A stretch of DNA of 64,000 nt from Haplodiscus bocki. Lineage: Eukaryota. This document shows, piece by piece, positions 26,484-39,071 of the stretch. Every line of letters begins with the position of its first letter. Position 1 is the stretch's first letter. The stretch is from the NCBI GenBank assembly GCA_965655095.1, contig CBFHFQ010000011.1, positions 248,001-312,000 of the forward strand, given 5' to 3'. The position numbers were made by a program, and so were the translations under genes. Below the pieces are notes generated by a model that was not told the DNA's origin, searched no databases, and saw only the letters and a list, made by a program, of their open reading frames with translations.

Positions 26484-27236
26484 ATGGCTCATTTGATCAT
26501 AACCGACTCTCTGGGCGTACAACTGGAAGGTGTGCTTGAAAATTTGGCAGTTAAAAGTTTTCCTGGCGCCAGAGCGGCGGACCGACGTGTAACGAGTTTC
26601 CTGGAAAATTTGCGGCGCCGCTTCCAATCCATTACAATTTTCATTGGAGGGAATGGCCTTTCCAATTGGGGCCGGCGTCCAGCTGAAAGTCCAGAACAGG
26701 TAAAGCTTAAGTGATGGTTCATGGGGTTACTGTTTGCAAAATCAAATTAGACGCTAGTAAAATTTGGAACGTTTTTGTGTATTGTTAAACCCTTTATTGA
26801 AGTACGTTTAGTAAAAATCTAGGAAAACGTTGTTTTCAATAGTAAGTCTTTCTACTGGTACTTTAACTGGTGCTACTTGCAAACTATAATTGAACCGTAA
26901 CTTTGTGTTTTTAATATCTCAACAGTACTTCATTTGCTTTTGTTGTTTTATTATTAGGTGTTCCATGATATCTTGAACCTTGTGAGAATTGCCGAGAGAA
27001 AATGCGACAAAGTATACTGCCTGGGCTTAGTAATGCGAAGCCGACCGTGCTTCCTTGCAGTGAAAGAAATAAACCGAATGCTGCGAACATCCATTGGACA
27101 CTACACTTACGTTTCCGTGTCATCTAAGATGTCATCTGAAAGAAATCTTAAAGACGGAGTGCATCTGTCTCAGCACGGCGTGACGAACATCCTGTGGATT
27201 ATAAAAAGACGGATTTTAGGTAACAAATGTGTCTAG
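26484..27236 (+). CDS. Two-exon SGNH/GDSL-type hydrolase, 164 aa; join(26484..26699,26958..27236)
   Basis: Donor CAG|GTAAAG at 26699/26700 and acceptor ttattattAG|GTG at 26957/26958, phase 0. The joined protein has SGNH blocks LIITDS, FPGA, IGGNG and KDGVHLS. Confidence 0.82.
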
Positions 27237-28680
27237 CAGTACATTAAGATGTTGAAAAACAGTATTGATTCCAGTAATTTGCGGTTGATATCAACTTTCC
27301 AGCAATTGAATGTTTCTAGCTTTAAACTCTTTGGAATTTACCTATAGAAGGTTTACGTTTTTTCCATAAACTTCCATTCTAACACCAATGTCGTTTAGGA
27401 TACTCAATCAGGAGACTCTCCCATCGCAAAAACCGCTACGTCCACTGGAAGTGGTGAAGATCCGGCCCTGTGTTGTTGTAGGCTTCATTTGGACATTTCT
27501 GGAAAATGGAATTACAATCTTGGTCGTTGCACCTATGTTTCGAATACTCTTGGTAGTTTTTTCATGATGACACAATTTTGAAACTTTTTTTGGTGGTACC
27601 ATTAAAAACAAACAAAGGTGCTTTTTTGGTTTCCAATAATCTTGGCCAATTGACGCCGCTAGGACAGTGTTTTAATTTTGTTTTCGTGTCCTCTTCGATT
27701 TGTAATTTGTCAGTGATAAAATTGTAAAAAAGCTCGACCGCATGGTGGCCTCTACTTCTTTGAAGTTTTGAATTTTTTTTGTTCCACACACCTTGCATTT
27801 TGGCGTACATTACAACATATTTATTATTTTAAACTTTGTCTTCATGCCTCATTCAATTTAAAGTTGGTTTGTGATGACGTTGTAAGGAGTTCAACCACAT
27901 GGTGATCTGTACCTCTTTGAATTTTTGATGCTTCGTTGTCATTGGAACATTTTTTTAATGGTCGCCGTCCGCTATGAGTCGTCACAATTCCTTCATGTTT
28001 TCGCTGAAATAGTGTACTCCATAGTTACATTGTTTGTTAAAAACTTTTGGTAGTTTAAAATTTCGAAAGTGATCAACTAACCTCGGCCATACTGTTACAA
28101 GGATTGTTCATATTATTTTGAATAAAGTTTTCTTTTGAAATGTTTGTTCCTATATTCGCAAAAAACGTTATAGCAAACATTGTGCAGCTTTGAGCTCGTA
28201 TTAAACTTCAGTTGTCGAACATCTGCAATGAAGATATAATTTATAATCCTTAACTTTCTACAAGTTTTGTAGACAGGAAAAAAACCGATGTAATAACGAT
28301 GTATTTGAATGCATTGCTCACCATTTTTTTTCTTTTGCCTTGAGTGTTACTGATCGATAAAGCGTGATGCGTTGAACAGTAAGATAACTGTAAATGTAAC
28401 ATAACATTTCGATGAAATAAACTTAATGATAAAGAAGATTTGAGAAATGTGAATAATTGAGAAACTTGTCATGCTTTTTTGAAAAACAGGTTGCTTTACT
28501 TGAAGCAATAGCGCTAATTCACTGGATTAAATGCTTGAAACCAAAATTACTTGCCTGTTGACTTCATTGAACCTTATAGGAAAATGCGTTCACAGAATCT
28601 TTAAAAAAGGAAAAACCATGGTTTTGAATGTTCCAATTGTTCAATTCTCAGGCAGCTTCAACCACGTTTGATTTCAGACT

Positions 28681-29691
28681 ATGACAACTCAAGTGAACAC
28701 CTCCCAAGTAACAGCACCAAATTTTTTGCGTCGAAGCGAAAATACATTCGTCAGAGGTATCGTTCTAGTAATTAAGAAATACGACAAACCTTTGCAGTTG
28801 TTTAGACCGCAAAATATCAAAAACAAGAGAGGTGCCCTCGATACCAGCTATGATCGATTAGTCATACTAGGCGAGATCAATTCAAAAGAATGCTTTGCTG
28901 TGATTGCGGAGTCTGCACAGAAAAGCTATTTTTTGTTCGGGGACACTCTGTTAACAGTAGGGTCAATTGTGGACGTAAAAGAACCTGTGTTCTCGAACTC
29001 TTGTCTCGGCAATGACCGCAGTAATCCAATTTTTCATGTCTTTCTTCCTTTGGAAGTCGTGGTTAACAATATTCCATTGTTGCCAATTCCCATAGATCTC
29101 CACCCATCAACGACAGCAATGTTTCACTTTTGCTTGCCAAACAGACCCCTCACCTTCTTACAAGCAGGTGCTGTAGCTCCAACTTGCTCAGGCTTCATGT
29201 GTGACAGACGAGAAAAACGAATTGACTCTGTATGCCCCTGTATACAGAAATCTCCTGTTTCAGCTTGGGTAATGTGCGCCCGAATTGTCAGTCGTGACAT
29301 CGAAAATGAAGACGAAGATTCCCTCACGGGAGAAATGATACAAAGTCTTAACCTGACAAAACTGTTTTGCAGCGAAGCAATTATTAGAAGTTCATATGCA
29401 TCAATCGATTCGCAACAACTGCGGATTGCTGTTAACCAGGTGTCCCAATTTGTAAATGAGAATGGTGGTTGGCAGGTATGTGGATTTTACAAAAGTGGAT
29501 CCACAGACGAAAATCTTGCACAAAACGTACAACGTGTCCGCATTTGCAAAATTACGCCTGCCGTTGAAGTGCCTTTTAACTTGAAATACAACATTGTGCC
29601 ATGCAACGCCAATATTGGCAATGAGCCCCCAGCTTTGCAACATGCGAATACTAACGTCGGTGCTCCTAACAATCCGAACAACGTACGATAG
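28681..29691 (+). CDS. Hypothetical 336-aa protein; beta-rich N-terminal half (possible OB fold) and a Cys cluster CSGFMC...CPC
   Basis: Uninterrupted ATG-to-TAG ORF of the same length and near-identical sequence in H2, although the flanking DNA has indels. The fold assignment is only a guess from the residue pattern. Confidence 0.8.
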   Translation: MTTQVNTSQVTAPNFLRRSENTFVRGIVLVIKKYDKPLQLFRPQNIKNKRGALDTSYDRLVILGEINSKECFAVIAESAQKSYFLFGDTLLTVGSIVDVKEPVFSNSCLGNDRSNPIFHVFLPLEVVVNNIPLLPIPIDLHPSTTAMFHFCLPNRPLTFLQAGAVAPTCSGFMCDRREKRIDSVCPCIQKSPVSAWVMCARIVSRDIENEDEDSLTGEMIQSLNLTKLFCSEAIIRSSYASIDSQQLRIAVNQVSQFVNENGGWQVCGFYKSGSTDENLAQNVQRVRICKITPAVEVPFNLKYNIVPCNANIGNEPPALQHANTNVGAPNNPNNVR

Positions 29692-31295
29692 CTGATCTAG
29701 ACTTACTCCTCAGATGACCGTTCTTTCTCCACCGCATGAACTGCTTGCTGGTTTTCAAAACCAATCTCTCCTTTCGCAATCGACCGCAAGGTGGTTGCTG
29801 AAAAAAACATGCACAAATTAACAAGTTTCGGAAAAAAAGTCAACTGATAAAGTTGTCCTCGTTCTTTCATACCACAATTTGTTCTCCTCCTTTTCAATCT
29901 TGAAACCTATGCTTCAATTTTCTTGTTAATGATAAAGTTTAACTTTCCAGTACTTATCAGTACCCAAAGGTTAATTGTTGGTTTTTGTGGAACTGTAAAC
30001 ACTAATGTCAAATTACAAATTAGTTGTTGTTGAACAATGGAAATTAGTTTGCAACTGCCGACGACTTGTCTCTGTAAACCTACGTTTTTCAGTAGCTTAG
30101 AACATTGTGCTAATTCGTGTGGCTTTTGAGTGTGGTTTATTGGTTCGTGTAGAAGTTGTGAACTTTTTATGTTATGCAATTAACTTCTTTCTTGTTATGT
30201 TAAACATTACTATCCGTTCATGACCGAACGTTTTGAACTTTGAAACGCTGGCTTGCTCTTCTATCGGTCGAAGTGCACGCTCTCAGTTCGTTGCTTGACG
30301 TTTGATACAGTGTTGTAATTTTCGCTAACAGAAGAATGGGATCAAACTTTCATACGAAATTTTAGGGAAATTTTTTTCTGAAGTCTATACAGGTTCATTT
30401 GGTTCATTCGGGTTGTTTTCACAAAGTAACAGCTGGGAACCTACTGCCTACAAATTGACAACATTGATGCGAAACTTTTTGAGAAAGTTAAAACACTTTC
30501 GCTGGTCAAATTTTGAAAGTATTCGTTCGGACAAAAATTTTAGTTTTCCTTCGCAGAAACTCATCAAACTTGAAGTTGTTTGTTAAAGGAACAGTTGCTC
30601 TCCGAGAATTGCGGGCAAAAATTCCTGCCGACGTTTCACCATACGCCTGTTTAAGTGTTATATTCAAATTCTACAGCAAAAATTGATTTTTTTCTGAATT
30701 TTGTTTTTTTTCCAAAAAATTCGTCATAACCGTCATTTTTTTCGGCAAAGTGGCCGAAACTTTTTCATCTTCGGAAAATTGCCTTTGAAGTTATGGAGTC
30801 GATTTCATACTGGAGCCACTCCACAGGGCAAACTATGCACTTCAATGTGGGAGATATGACGAAATGATCGATTTTCGGCATTTTTTTCCAAATTTGATCC
30901 GTCATATCTCAACGCCTATGACGAGTTGGTGGAGAATTTTTTGCATGTGCGTAGCCCACAGTTATTATGCTTCACACAAAAAGTTTCGGCCAAATGCATG
31001 CGGTTACTTGCAGGGCTGTTGGAGAAAAACTGCAAAATGAGGGCAAAAAACAGAATCATCCCGTCATAATTCCCCAACTAATTTGGCTAGAATGATTTAA
31101 CTTGCACCATTGTTCATGGAATTGTAAACTATGCCTGCATGCAAAGTTTCATCGAAATCGTATGGGTGGGAGCTGAGATCGCAAATTCCCTATACCGTAT
31201 GTGCGTATTTGTTATTTCTTATATTTTAACGCGAGGCAAAGGGGCCCCTCCCCCGCCTCGCCAGGACGTATGACGGGCGCAATCCCTTGACCACC

Positions 31296-32356
31296 CAGTG
31301 GAGGCAACGGTGAAATTCACCAGTTGGCGGCCACTGGTTATTTTTTTGTGCCAATGTATGCACTTTCACTGTTCCTATGAAACGTTCCATGTTAGGTACT
31401 TTCCCCAGTTTGAGTCAAAAACTACATTTTTAGAGACTTCTGTCATAAAAACTTAAAAAAGTAGATAAAGTAAAGAAAAGTGGAAATCCCTTTTGCCCCG
31501 TTATTCCTCCGAAACGCTGCGCTAATCTACGGAAAAACGGGGCGAAGGTGATGTGAAATTTGATTCTCGATTTTTGTCCTTTCTTTGTAGGTTTTTCAAC
31601 CGTTTGTGTGATGTTCGAGAAAACTTTCGGAAAACTGTTCTACGTGAACCTTCTAGTTGATCTTGACCCCTTTCGGATGGGAGGAAGATTTTGGGCGAAG
31701 AAATCGCGCAAATGATCATCGGGATTAATTCTGCAGTCAAAAATTAATTTTTTTGGAGTTTTTTATTTTTTTTTTCGGAAATTTCGTCATAACCGTCATT
31801 ATTTTCGGCAATTTGACCAAAACTGTTTTTTTTGTCGGAAATTTATCTTTCATTTGACACAGGTCCCGTCACGTTGTGACGAAAGCTCACATCACTTTTT
31901 TAACATCAACCTGGGAGAAATGACAAAATGCTCGATTTTGGCCTCTTTTTGACAAATTTGAAAGGTCATATCTCCTAGGGCAAAAGGCCCTGGCCAAAAA
32001 TTTTTGGCATGTAGGTAGTTAACAGCAAATGTGCTTCACACAAAAAATTTGGGTCCAATGCTATGGGTAAAGTGTGGAGATATTGCGGGAAAAACATCGA
32101 AACCTGCCAAAAAACAGGATCATTGCGTCATATCTCCCCAACCAAAAGAAAAAAAAATGATGTAAGTGCCAAAAATCTTCATACATCGGCGGACTCTATC
32201 CACATGCAAAGTTTCATCAAAATCGTATGGTTAGGTTTCGAGATCGTCTCCTTTTCGGCGGGTTGAGTGTAAGTGTAAACTTGATTTTTGAAACTCGGCA
32301 CAGGGGCCCCTCCCCCGCCTCGTAACAGTTTTGTGTCGCTAAAAAGCTTGACCACC
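31296..32356 (+). mobile_element. Non-autonomous unit D1 (1061 bp)
   Basis: Starts CAGTGGAGGCAACGGTGAAATTCACC and ends gcttGACCACC. Distant relative of C. Confidence 0.83.
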
Positions 32357-33397
32357 CAGTGGAGGCACCGGTGAAAATCACCAGGTGGCGGTCACTGGTT
32401 ATGCCATTCTGAAATTTGAACAAATTTGCTAGTGTTTTCTTTCAACACAGTAATGATTTTTGCAAATGCAAATTTTATATATTGAAATTTAGCCTGTGAA
32501 AACTTTACCCATCTGGATGACACATCCATGATGGAGCTTGCAAACATTTTAGCCCCGTTGTTTCTCCGTGTCGCTTCGCTAATCTACGAAACAACGGGGC
32601 GGGGCAATTAACATTTTGGCAATTGTGGTGAATTTTTTAAACAGAAATGCATCAAAGTTTGATTTTTTTTCGCAGAATGACTTTTACTCCAAATTTTACC
32701 CCAAGTTGAAGAATCATTTGCACCAAAGCAGTTTGCGAAAAAAATCCGAGCACAAAAATATCAGAAACGAACTCTACGGGGAAAATTGAGTTTTCTGCTA
32801 AAAAATTTTTTTTTCGGAAAATTCGTCATAACCGTCATTTTTTTCGGCAAACTGGCCAAAACTTTTTCATCATCGGAAAATTATCTTTCAAATTATGCAG
32901 TCAATTTCAGACTGGAGCCAGTCCAGAACGCAAGCTACGTACTTCAATGTGGGAGCCATGACGAAATGGTCGATTTTCGGCATTTTTTTCCAAATTTCAT
33001 CCGTCATATCTCCACACCTATGACGAGTTGGTAGAAAATTTTTTGCATGCGTGTAGCCCTTAGTTATTCTGCTTCACACAAAAAGTTTCGGCCAAATGCA
33101 TGTGGTTACTTGCAGGGCTGTCGGTAAAAAACTGCAAAATGGGGCCAAAAAACAGAATCATCCCGTCATAACTCCCCAACCAATTTTGCTAGAATGATCT
33201 AACTTGCACCATTGTTCTTAGAATTGAAAGTTATGCCCGCATGCAAAGTTTGAACCAAATCGTATGGGTGGGAGCTGAGATCGCTAATTCCCTATACCGT
33301 TTGTGCATATTTGTTTTTTCTTATATTTTAACGCTCGGCAAAGGGGCCCCTCCCCCGCCTCGCAAAGACTAATGTGGGGCGCGATCCCCTGACCACC
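32357..33397 (+). mobile_element. Non-autonomous unit C4 (1041 bp)
   Basis: C termini and internal hairpin. Confidence 0.85.
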
Positions 33398-34454
33398 CAG
33401 TGGAGGCAACGGTGAAATTCACCAGTTGGCGGCCACTGGTTCTTTTTTTGTGCCAGTACATGTATTTTCTCTGTTCCTATGAAACGTTCCATGTTAGGTA
33501 CTTTCCCCAGTTTGATTCAAAAACTACATATTTAGAGACTTCTGTCATAAAAACTTACAAAAGTGGATAAAAGAAGTTATGTCGAAATGTTTTCAGCCCC
33601 GATTTTCCTCCGAAACGCTGCGCTAATCTACGGAAAAACGGGGCGAAGGTAATGCTAATTTTGGTTCTCAATTTTTGTCCTTTATTTATAGGTATTTCAA
33701 CCGTTTGTTTGTTTTTTGAAAGAACTTCAGGAACTTTCCTCTACGTGAACCTTCTACTTGATCTTGACCTCTTCCCAAAGGGAGAAGATTTTGGGCGAAA
33801 AAATCGGGCAACTTAACATCGGAAAAAATTCTACTGTCAAAAATAAAATTTTCTGAGTTTTTGGTTTTTTTTCCGGGAATTTCGTCATAACCGTCATTAT
33901 TTTCGGCAATTTGACCAAAACTGTTTTTTTTGTCGGAAAATTATTTTTCATTTGACACAGGTCCCGTCACGTTGTGACGAAAGCTCACATCACTTTTTTA
34001 ACATCAACGTGGGAGAAATGACAAATTGGTCGATTTTGGCCTATTTTTGACAAATTTGAAAGGTCATATCTCCTAGGGCAAAAGGCCCTGGCCAAAAACT
34101 TTTGGCATGTAGGTAGTCCACAACAATTGTGCTTCACACAAAAAATTTTAGTCCAATGCTATGGTTAAAGTGTGGAGATATTGCGAAAAATACATCGAAA
34201 CCTGCCAAAAAACAGGATCATTGCGTCATATCTCCCCAACCAAAACAAAAACAATTATGTAGGTGCCAAATATCTTCATACATCGGCGGACTCTAGCCAC
34301 ATGCAAAGTTTGATCGAAATCGTATGGTTAGGTTTCGAGATCGTCTCCTTTTCGGCGGGTTCAGTGTAAGTGTAAACTTGATTTTTGAAGCTCGGCACAG
34401 GGCCCCTCCCCCGCCTCGCAACATGGTTTTGTGGGGCTAAAGAGCGTGACCACC
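33398..34454 (+). mobile_element. Non-autonomous unit D2 (1057 bp)
   Basis: D termini. Appears identical to D3. Confidence 0.83.
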
Positions 34455-35495
34455 CAGTGGAGGCACCGGTGAAAATCACCAGGTGGCGGTCACTGGTTAT
34501 GCCATTCTGAAACTTCAACAAATTTGCTAGTGTTTTCTTTCAATGCAGTAATGATTTTTGCAAATGCATTTTTTATATATTGAAATTTACCATGTGAAAT
34601 CTTCACCGATCTGGATGAGACATCGATGATGGAGCTTGCAAACATTTTGGCCCCGTTGTTTCTCCGCGTCGCTTCGCTAATCTGCGAAACAACGGGGCGG
34701 GGCATTTAACATTTTGGCAATTGTGGTGACTTTTTTAAACAGAAATGCCTCAAAATTTGATTTTTTTTCGCAGAATGACTTTTACTCCAAATTTTACCGC
34801 AAGTTGAAGAATCATTTGCACCAAAGCAGTGTCCGAAAAAAAATCCGACCACAAAAAAATCAGCAACGAATTCTACGAGGGAAATTGATTTTTCTGGTAA
34901 AAGTTTTTTTCTCGGAAAAATCGTCATAACCGTCATTTTTTTCGGCAAAATGGCCAAAACTTTTTTATCGTCGGAAAAGTATCTTTCAAGTTATGGAGTC
35001 AATTTCAGACTGGAGCCACTCCAGAACGCAAGCTATGTACTTCAATGTGGGAGCTATGACGAAATGATCGATTTTCGGCATTTTTTTCGTACTTTGATCC
35101 GTCATATCTCCACACCTATGACGAGTGGGTAGAAAATTTTTGGCATGTGAGTAGCCTTTATGTATTATGCTTCACACAAAAAACTTCGGCCAAATGCATG
35201 TGGTTACTTGCTGGGCTGTCGGTAAAAAACTGCAAAATGAGGCCAAAAAACAGAATCATCCCGTCATATCTCCACAACCATTTTTGCTAGAACGATCTCA
35301 CTTGCACCATTGTTCTTAGAATTGAAAGTTATGCCCGCATGCAAAGTTTGATCCAAATCGTATGGGTGGGAGCTGAGATCACTAATTTCCTATACCGTTT
35401 GTGCATATTTGTTTTTTCTTATATTTTAACGCTCGGCAAAGGGGCCCCTCCCCCGCCTCGCAAGGACTAATGTGGGGCGCAATACCCTGACCACC
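34455..35495 (+). mobile_element. Non-autonomous unit C5 (1041 bp)
   Basis: C termini and internal hairpin. Confidence 0.85.
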
Positions 35496-38400
35496 CAGTG
35501 GAGGCGACGGCGAAAATTACTAGAGGGCGTGAGGTTTGAATCCGTGTTTCTTTCGTGTTCAGATTTATTTTCTGCGACAAACGGGCGTAGTCCTTTCATT
35601 GTGCGTCAGTCAACGTGAAGTAATATGTTGTCGGTTTTTGTGACGAAGACAAAAAATGCCCTTTAGGTGCCAAATATTGACAAAGTAATCGTTAATCCCG
35701 ATTCCAGATTGTTGTTCTAACTTCTCTGTTTCCGGCATGAGAGGTAATTTTGTTTTTCTGTAGAAGCACTGGCTTTGTCGATGCAGTTCGAAAAGGTGCA
35801 GTTAGGTGGTGAATACGAACGGGGCCGAAGTCTGCAGAGCAATGAACAGTTGTTATCTTGGAACAAAATATGTTTCTGTTGACATTTCAGTTTAATAGCT
35901 GCTTTTGAGCTTTTTCTCCAGCTAGCAAAATTCTGCGTTATTGTCTAATTCATTTCTATAATTTATTCGTACTTAAAATAATAAATGTGAATAAAGGTTT
36001 GTTTTAAACTCGAAATTGTTATCTCAACTTTTGCTGTTTCTTTTGCAGCTGTTTCCAGAGAAATCGTTTTTTGTCTCTCATAGCTGTTTTTGTTTCTTTA
36101 AACAAAGAAAAAACTTGATTGGTGTTCAATTACGCACTCCAAAGGTATGTTTGGCTTCTGCCTTGGTGGAAGAAACAAATGTTTTGCTGCTTCTAATGTC
36201 TTCTGCAGGGATAGTCATGATAATGGAACTTTGCAACGGGATACTTAATATTTAATGAACAAACATCAGAATTTGGAAACGGGTGGCTTGCAGGAACCTT
36301 ACGCGTTGTTTGAACCTCAAAAATCACGACGAAGGTTCTCCAGTTTCTGATACCAATGAGACTCATTTTCAAGGGTTCCAATGATTGTTATGACTTAAAT
36401 TGGTTTTTTTTAAAAATGTGTCTAAATAATATCAACCACCCCTTCCTCCGCTTTCGAATTTTAATTTCTGAATAGTTTTGTTAATGAAATTTTACTGTTC
36501 ACAAAAAGAGGCAACGGTATGATGCCTTATTTCTGATCGGCGCCAAATGCAAAATTTTTTTCCGGGCTTCTGTGGTTTTCTTTTAAGGGAAACGTTGCAT
36601 TGCGCATCTAGTAGGTAATTTTTATTTTTTCTTTGTTTTGTTTTGTAATGGATAACACGATTGATCACAATCATTTCTTGATTTAAGGCTTCCTGCGGTG
36701 TAGCTCTATCTTTTTAATTGAATCAACCGTTTCTTGACGGCAATGGTCCCGTTTCCCCTTGTAGTGGTATGAAGTTTCACTGACCAATATTGTTGTTCAA
36801 TCAGCACTTGATTAGAAAATCAGTGAAAGCTACTGCACGCTTCATTGTGGCTTGATGTTTTCCCGTTAATTCGCTTTCTTCATTTGTTTACAAGGTTGTG
36901 CGAGCTACTTTTCTCTAAATAATTTCGTTTTCTATTCACGACTTCCGATTGACATGACTGTGCTGCTTTTGCGGTCAACATATTTAGAAAACGCACCCAA
37001 CCAATTTTCCGAAATGCTGTTTTCCCATATATAATTACCTTCTTTCAAGACTGTACTGACAATTCAAAATTTCTCATGTTTTCGCGGAATCAATGAGTTT
37101 CGATACTCCGGATTGAGCAGTTAACGGAGCATTTCTTCAGCTGTATAATTCTATCAATTGTTCAACATTTTACCGAGTTTCAAATTAGTCCTTCCGTTGT
37201 TTGATTTTTTTCCTCATCTTAAATAATTGAATTTCCTGAAGCATTTTATTTTTTTTTTATTGTTGATATTACTATTTTATTCACAACGTTTTTCTTCCAA
37301 TTCCAATCCTGATGCTCTGATCCCCCAGAGTCATTTGCATTTTTGCTGGACGGATGACAATTCACTTCTTCAACCTTATGCTAGATCGACTGTTCACGTT
37401 TGACATATGTTACACCAAAGACATATATAAACCCTCGTTGAAGTTTGTAAAGTGATTGATTAAAAATTAAAACGTATTTCAATTTTAACTTTATAAACAT
37501 CTGTTTAATATGCGTAACGTTTTCTCACGTGTAATTGCTGGCTGTGGAAGGTTTCATTTAGGAAATATTATTTTCATTAATTGTCAATTTTCTCTCTTGG
37601 GCTAGCTTCGACGTTTAAAACTCAATGCTTTCGAATCTTGAGGTCCACGTTGAGGCTCCTTTTTTTCCTGCAGTACAGATTTAAAGAAATGACTCCACGG
37701 CCAGAAATTCAAAATTTCAAATAAACTTTACTTGTAATAGATCAGCCGAAAGATGATCTTTATCTAAATGTCAATAGACGGAATCAAGACACAATAAGAA
37801 ACAACGGCGTGATAGCCATATTGATCAAAGACTTTAAGCAATTCAGTTTTTCAAGTTCAAGATGGAAACTATATCGCAACGATTAAATGTGTCCGAAAAA
37901 TGCTAGGCAGTTGGAATTGCTCAAACCTATGGCACTTTTAGAACCTCCTTGATCCAATTTTTTTATGTTTTCATCAAGGTTTTTCCCATCTGGATTCTTG
38001 AAACTTACCCTCTGTTCTATGAGTGTGCCTGTTCAACTATCAACGTTGACAAAACGACATGAAAAAGACAGCGAATACAGTTTGAACAATTTGTTACTAA
38101 GCTCTTGATTTTAAGAAGGTTCCCAACGTTGAAGTGTTATGAAAAAATTACTAAATTCATTCTTTTGACGCCCAAAAACTTTCAGTAGTGGTTTACGTTG
38201 TAGTTCACTGAGATGAGCCCTGAATATTTGATTCTCAAATTTTGTGAGAGAAAAAGAGAATTCGACGAAGAATGGTGGAAATGTAAAGCTTCCCATTGTT
38301 TCTCCCAACTGAAACAAAATTGTTGTAGCAACAATTCTCTCTACCCCCGTCATTTTTATGAAATGGTTATTAAATGCATTTTTTTAGACTACAGAACTCA

Positions 38401-39071
38401 TGAGCTTCTTCCTATATTAAATGTGGTCTCTGTTCGTCTTGTATAAGTCATTTTTTTCGGAATATGGACAGACCTTTTCATTTTTACATCTGTTAAAACA
38501 AGCTAGATGTTTTATAGGTGAAACAAAGTTACTGATTTCTTTCAGGCCCTTGAAAACGAGAATTTTTTACCTGCAACAACTAAATTAAATTGATGCCTGG
38601 TTTACACCAGTCGGAAGCACTAAGAACCTCTCAAAAACTTTTGTGGCCTTACTTTTACGCAACTTCAGTTACTTGCTGCGATTTTTTGCCAAAAATTTTC
38701 AATTTTCCAAATTGTTTGTGAAACTGAAAGTTTACGTCGTGTCTGATTGAAGTCAGTAAATCTGCTGAGGAAGCCTTGGTTTTGCTCCATTCCGTTCGCA
38801 AAACCAAGGCGCCTGGTTTATGAATGGTTGGAAACGAATTATGATTTTTTACCGTACTGGCTTATCTTTTCCGCTGCATCGACCCTTAAAATTAACTAGA
38901 CAGGCAACGGTTTGTAATCGAACCTCAAAAGACTTTGCTCAAACGACAATTTGATGTATTTACCTGCTATACGAATTTGCCTGCAATTTATTCAACGTGT
39001 GGTTGTATTGTAACTTTTTGTTCTTTCATATAGTTATGATCCCATTGAACTAATGTCTGTTGTGTTTGACA

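Larger units (their letters stand above)
14259..31295 (+). mobile_element. Full-length Helitron-like element H1 (17,037 bp) with a disrupted RepHel gene
   Basis: Starts CAGTGGAGGCGACGGTGAAAATTACC and ends cccttGACCACC. Contains RepHel, SGNH and 336-aa genes. Colinear with H2. Confidence 0.9.
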
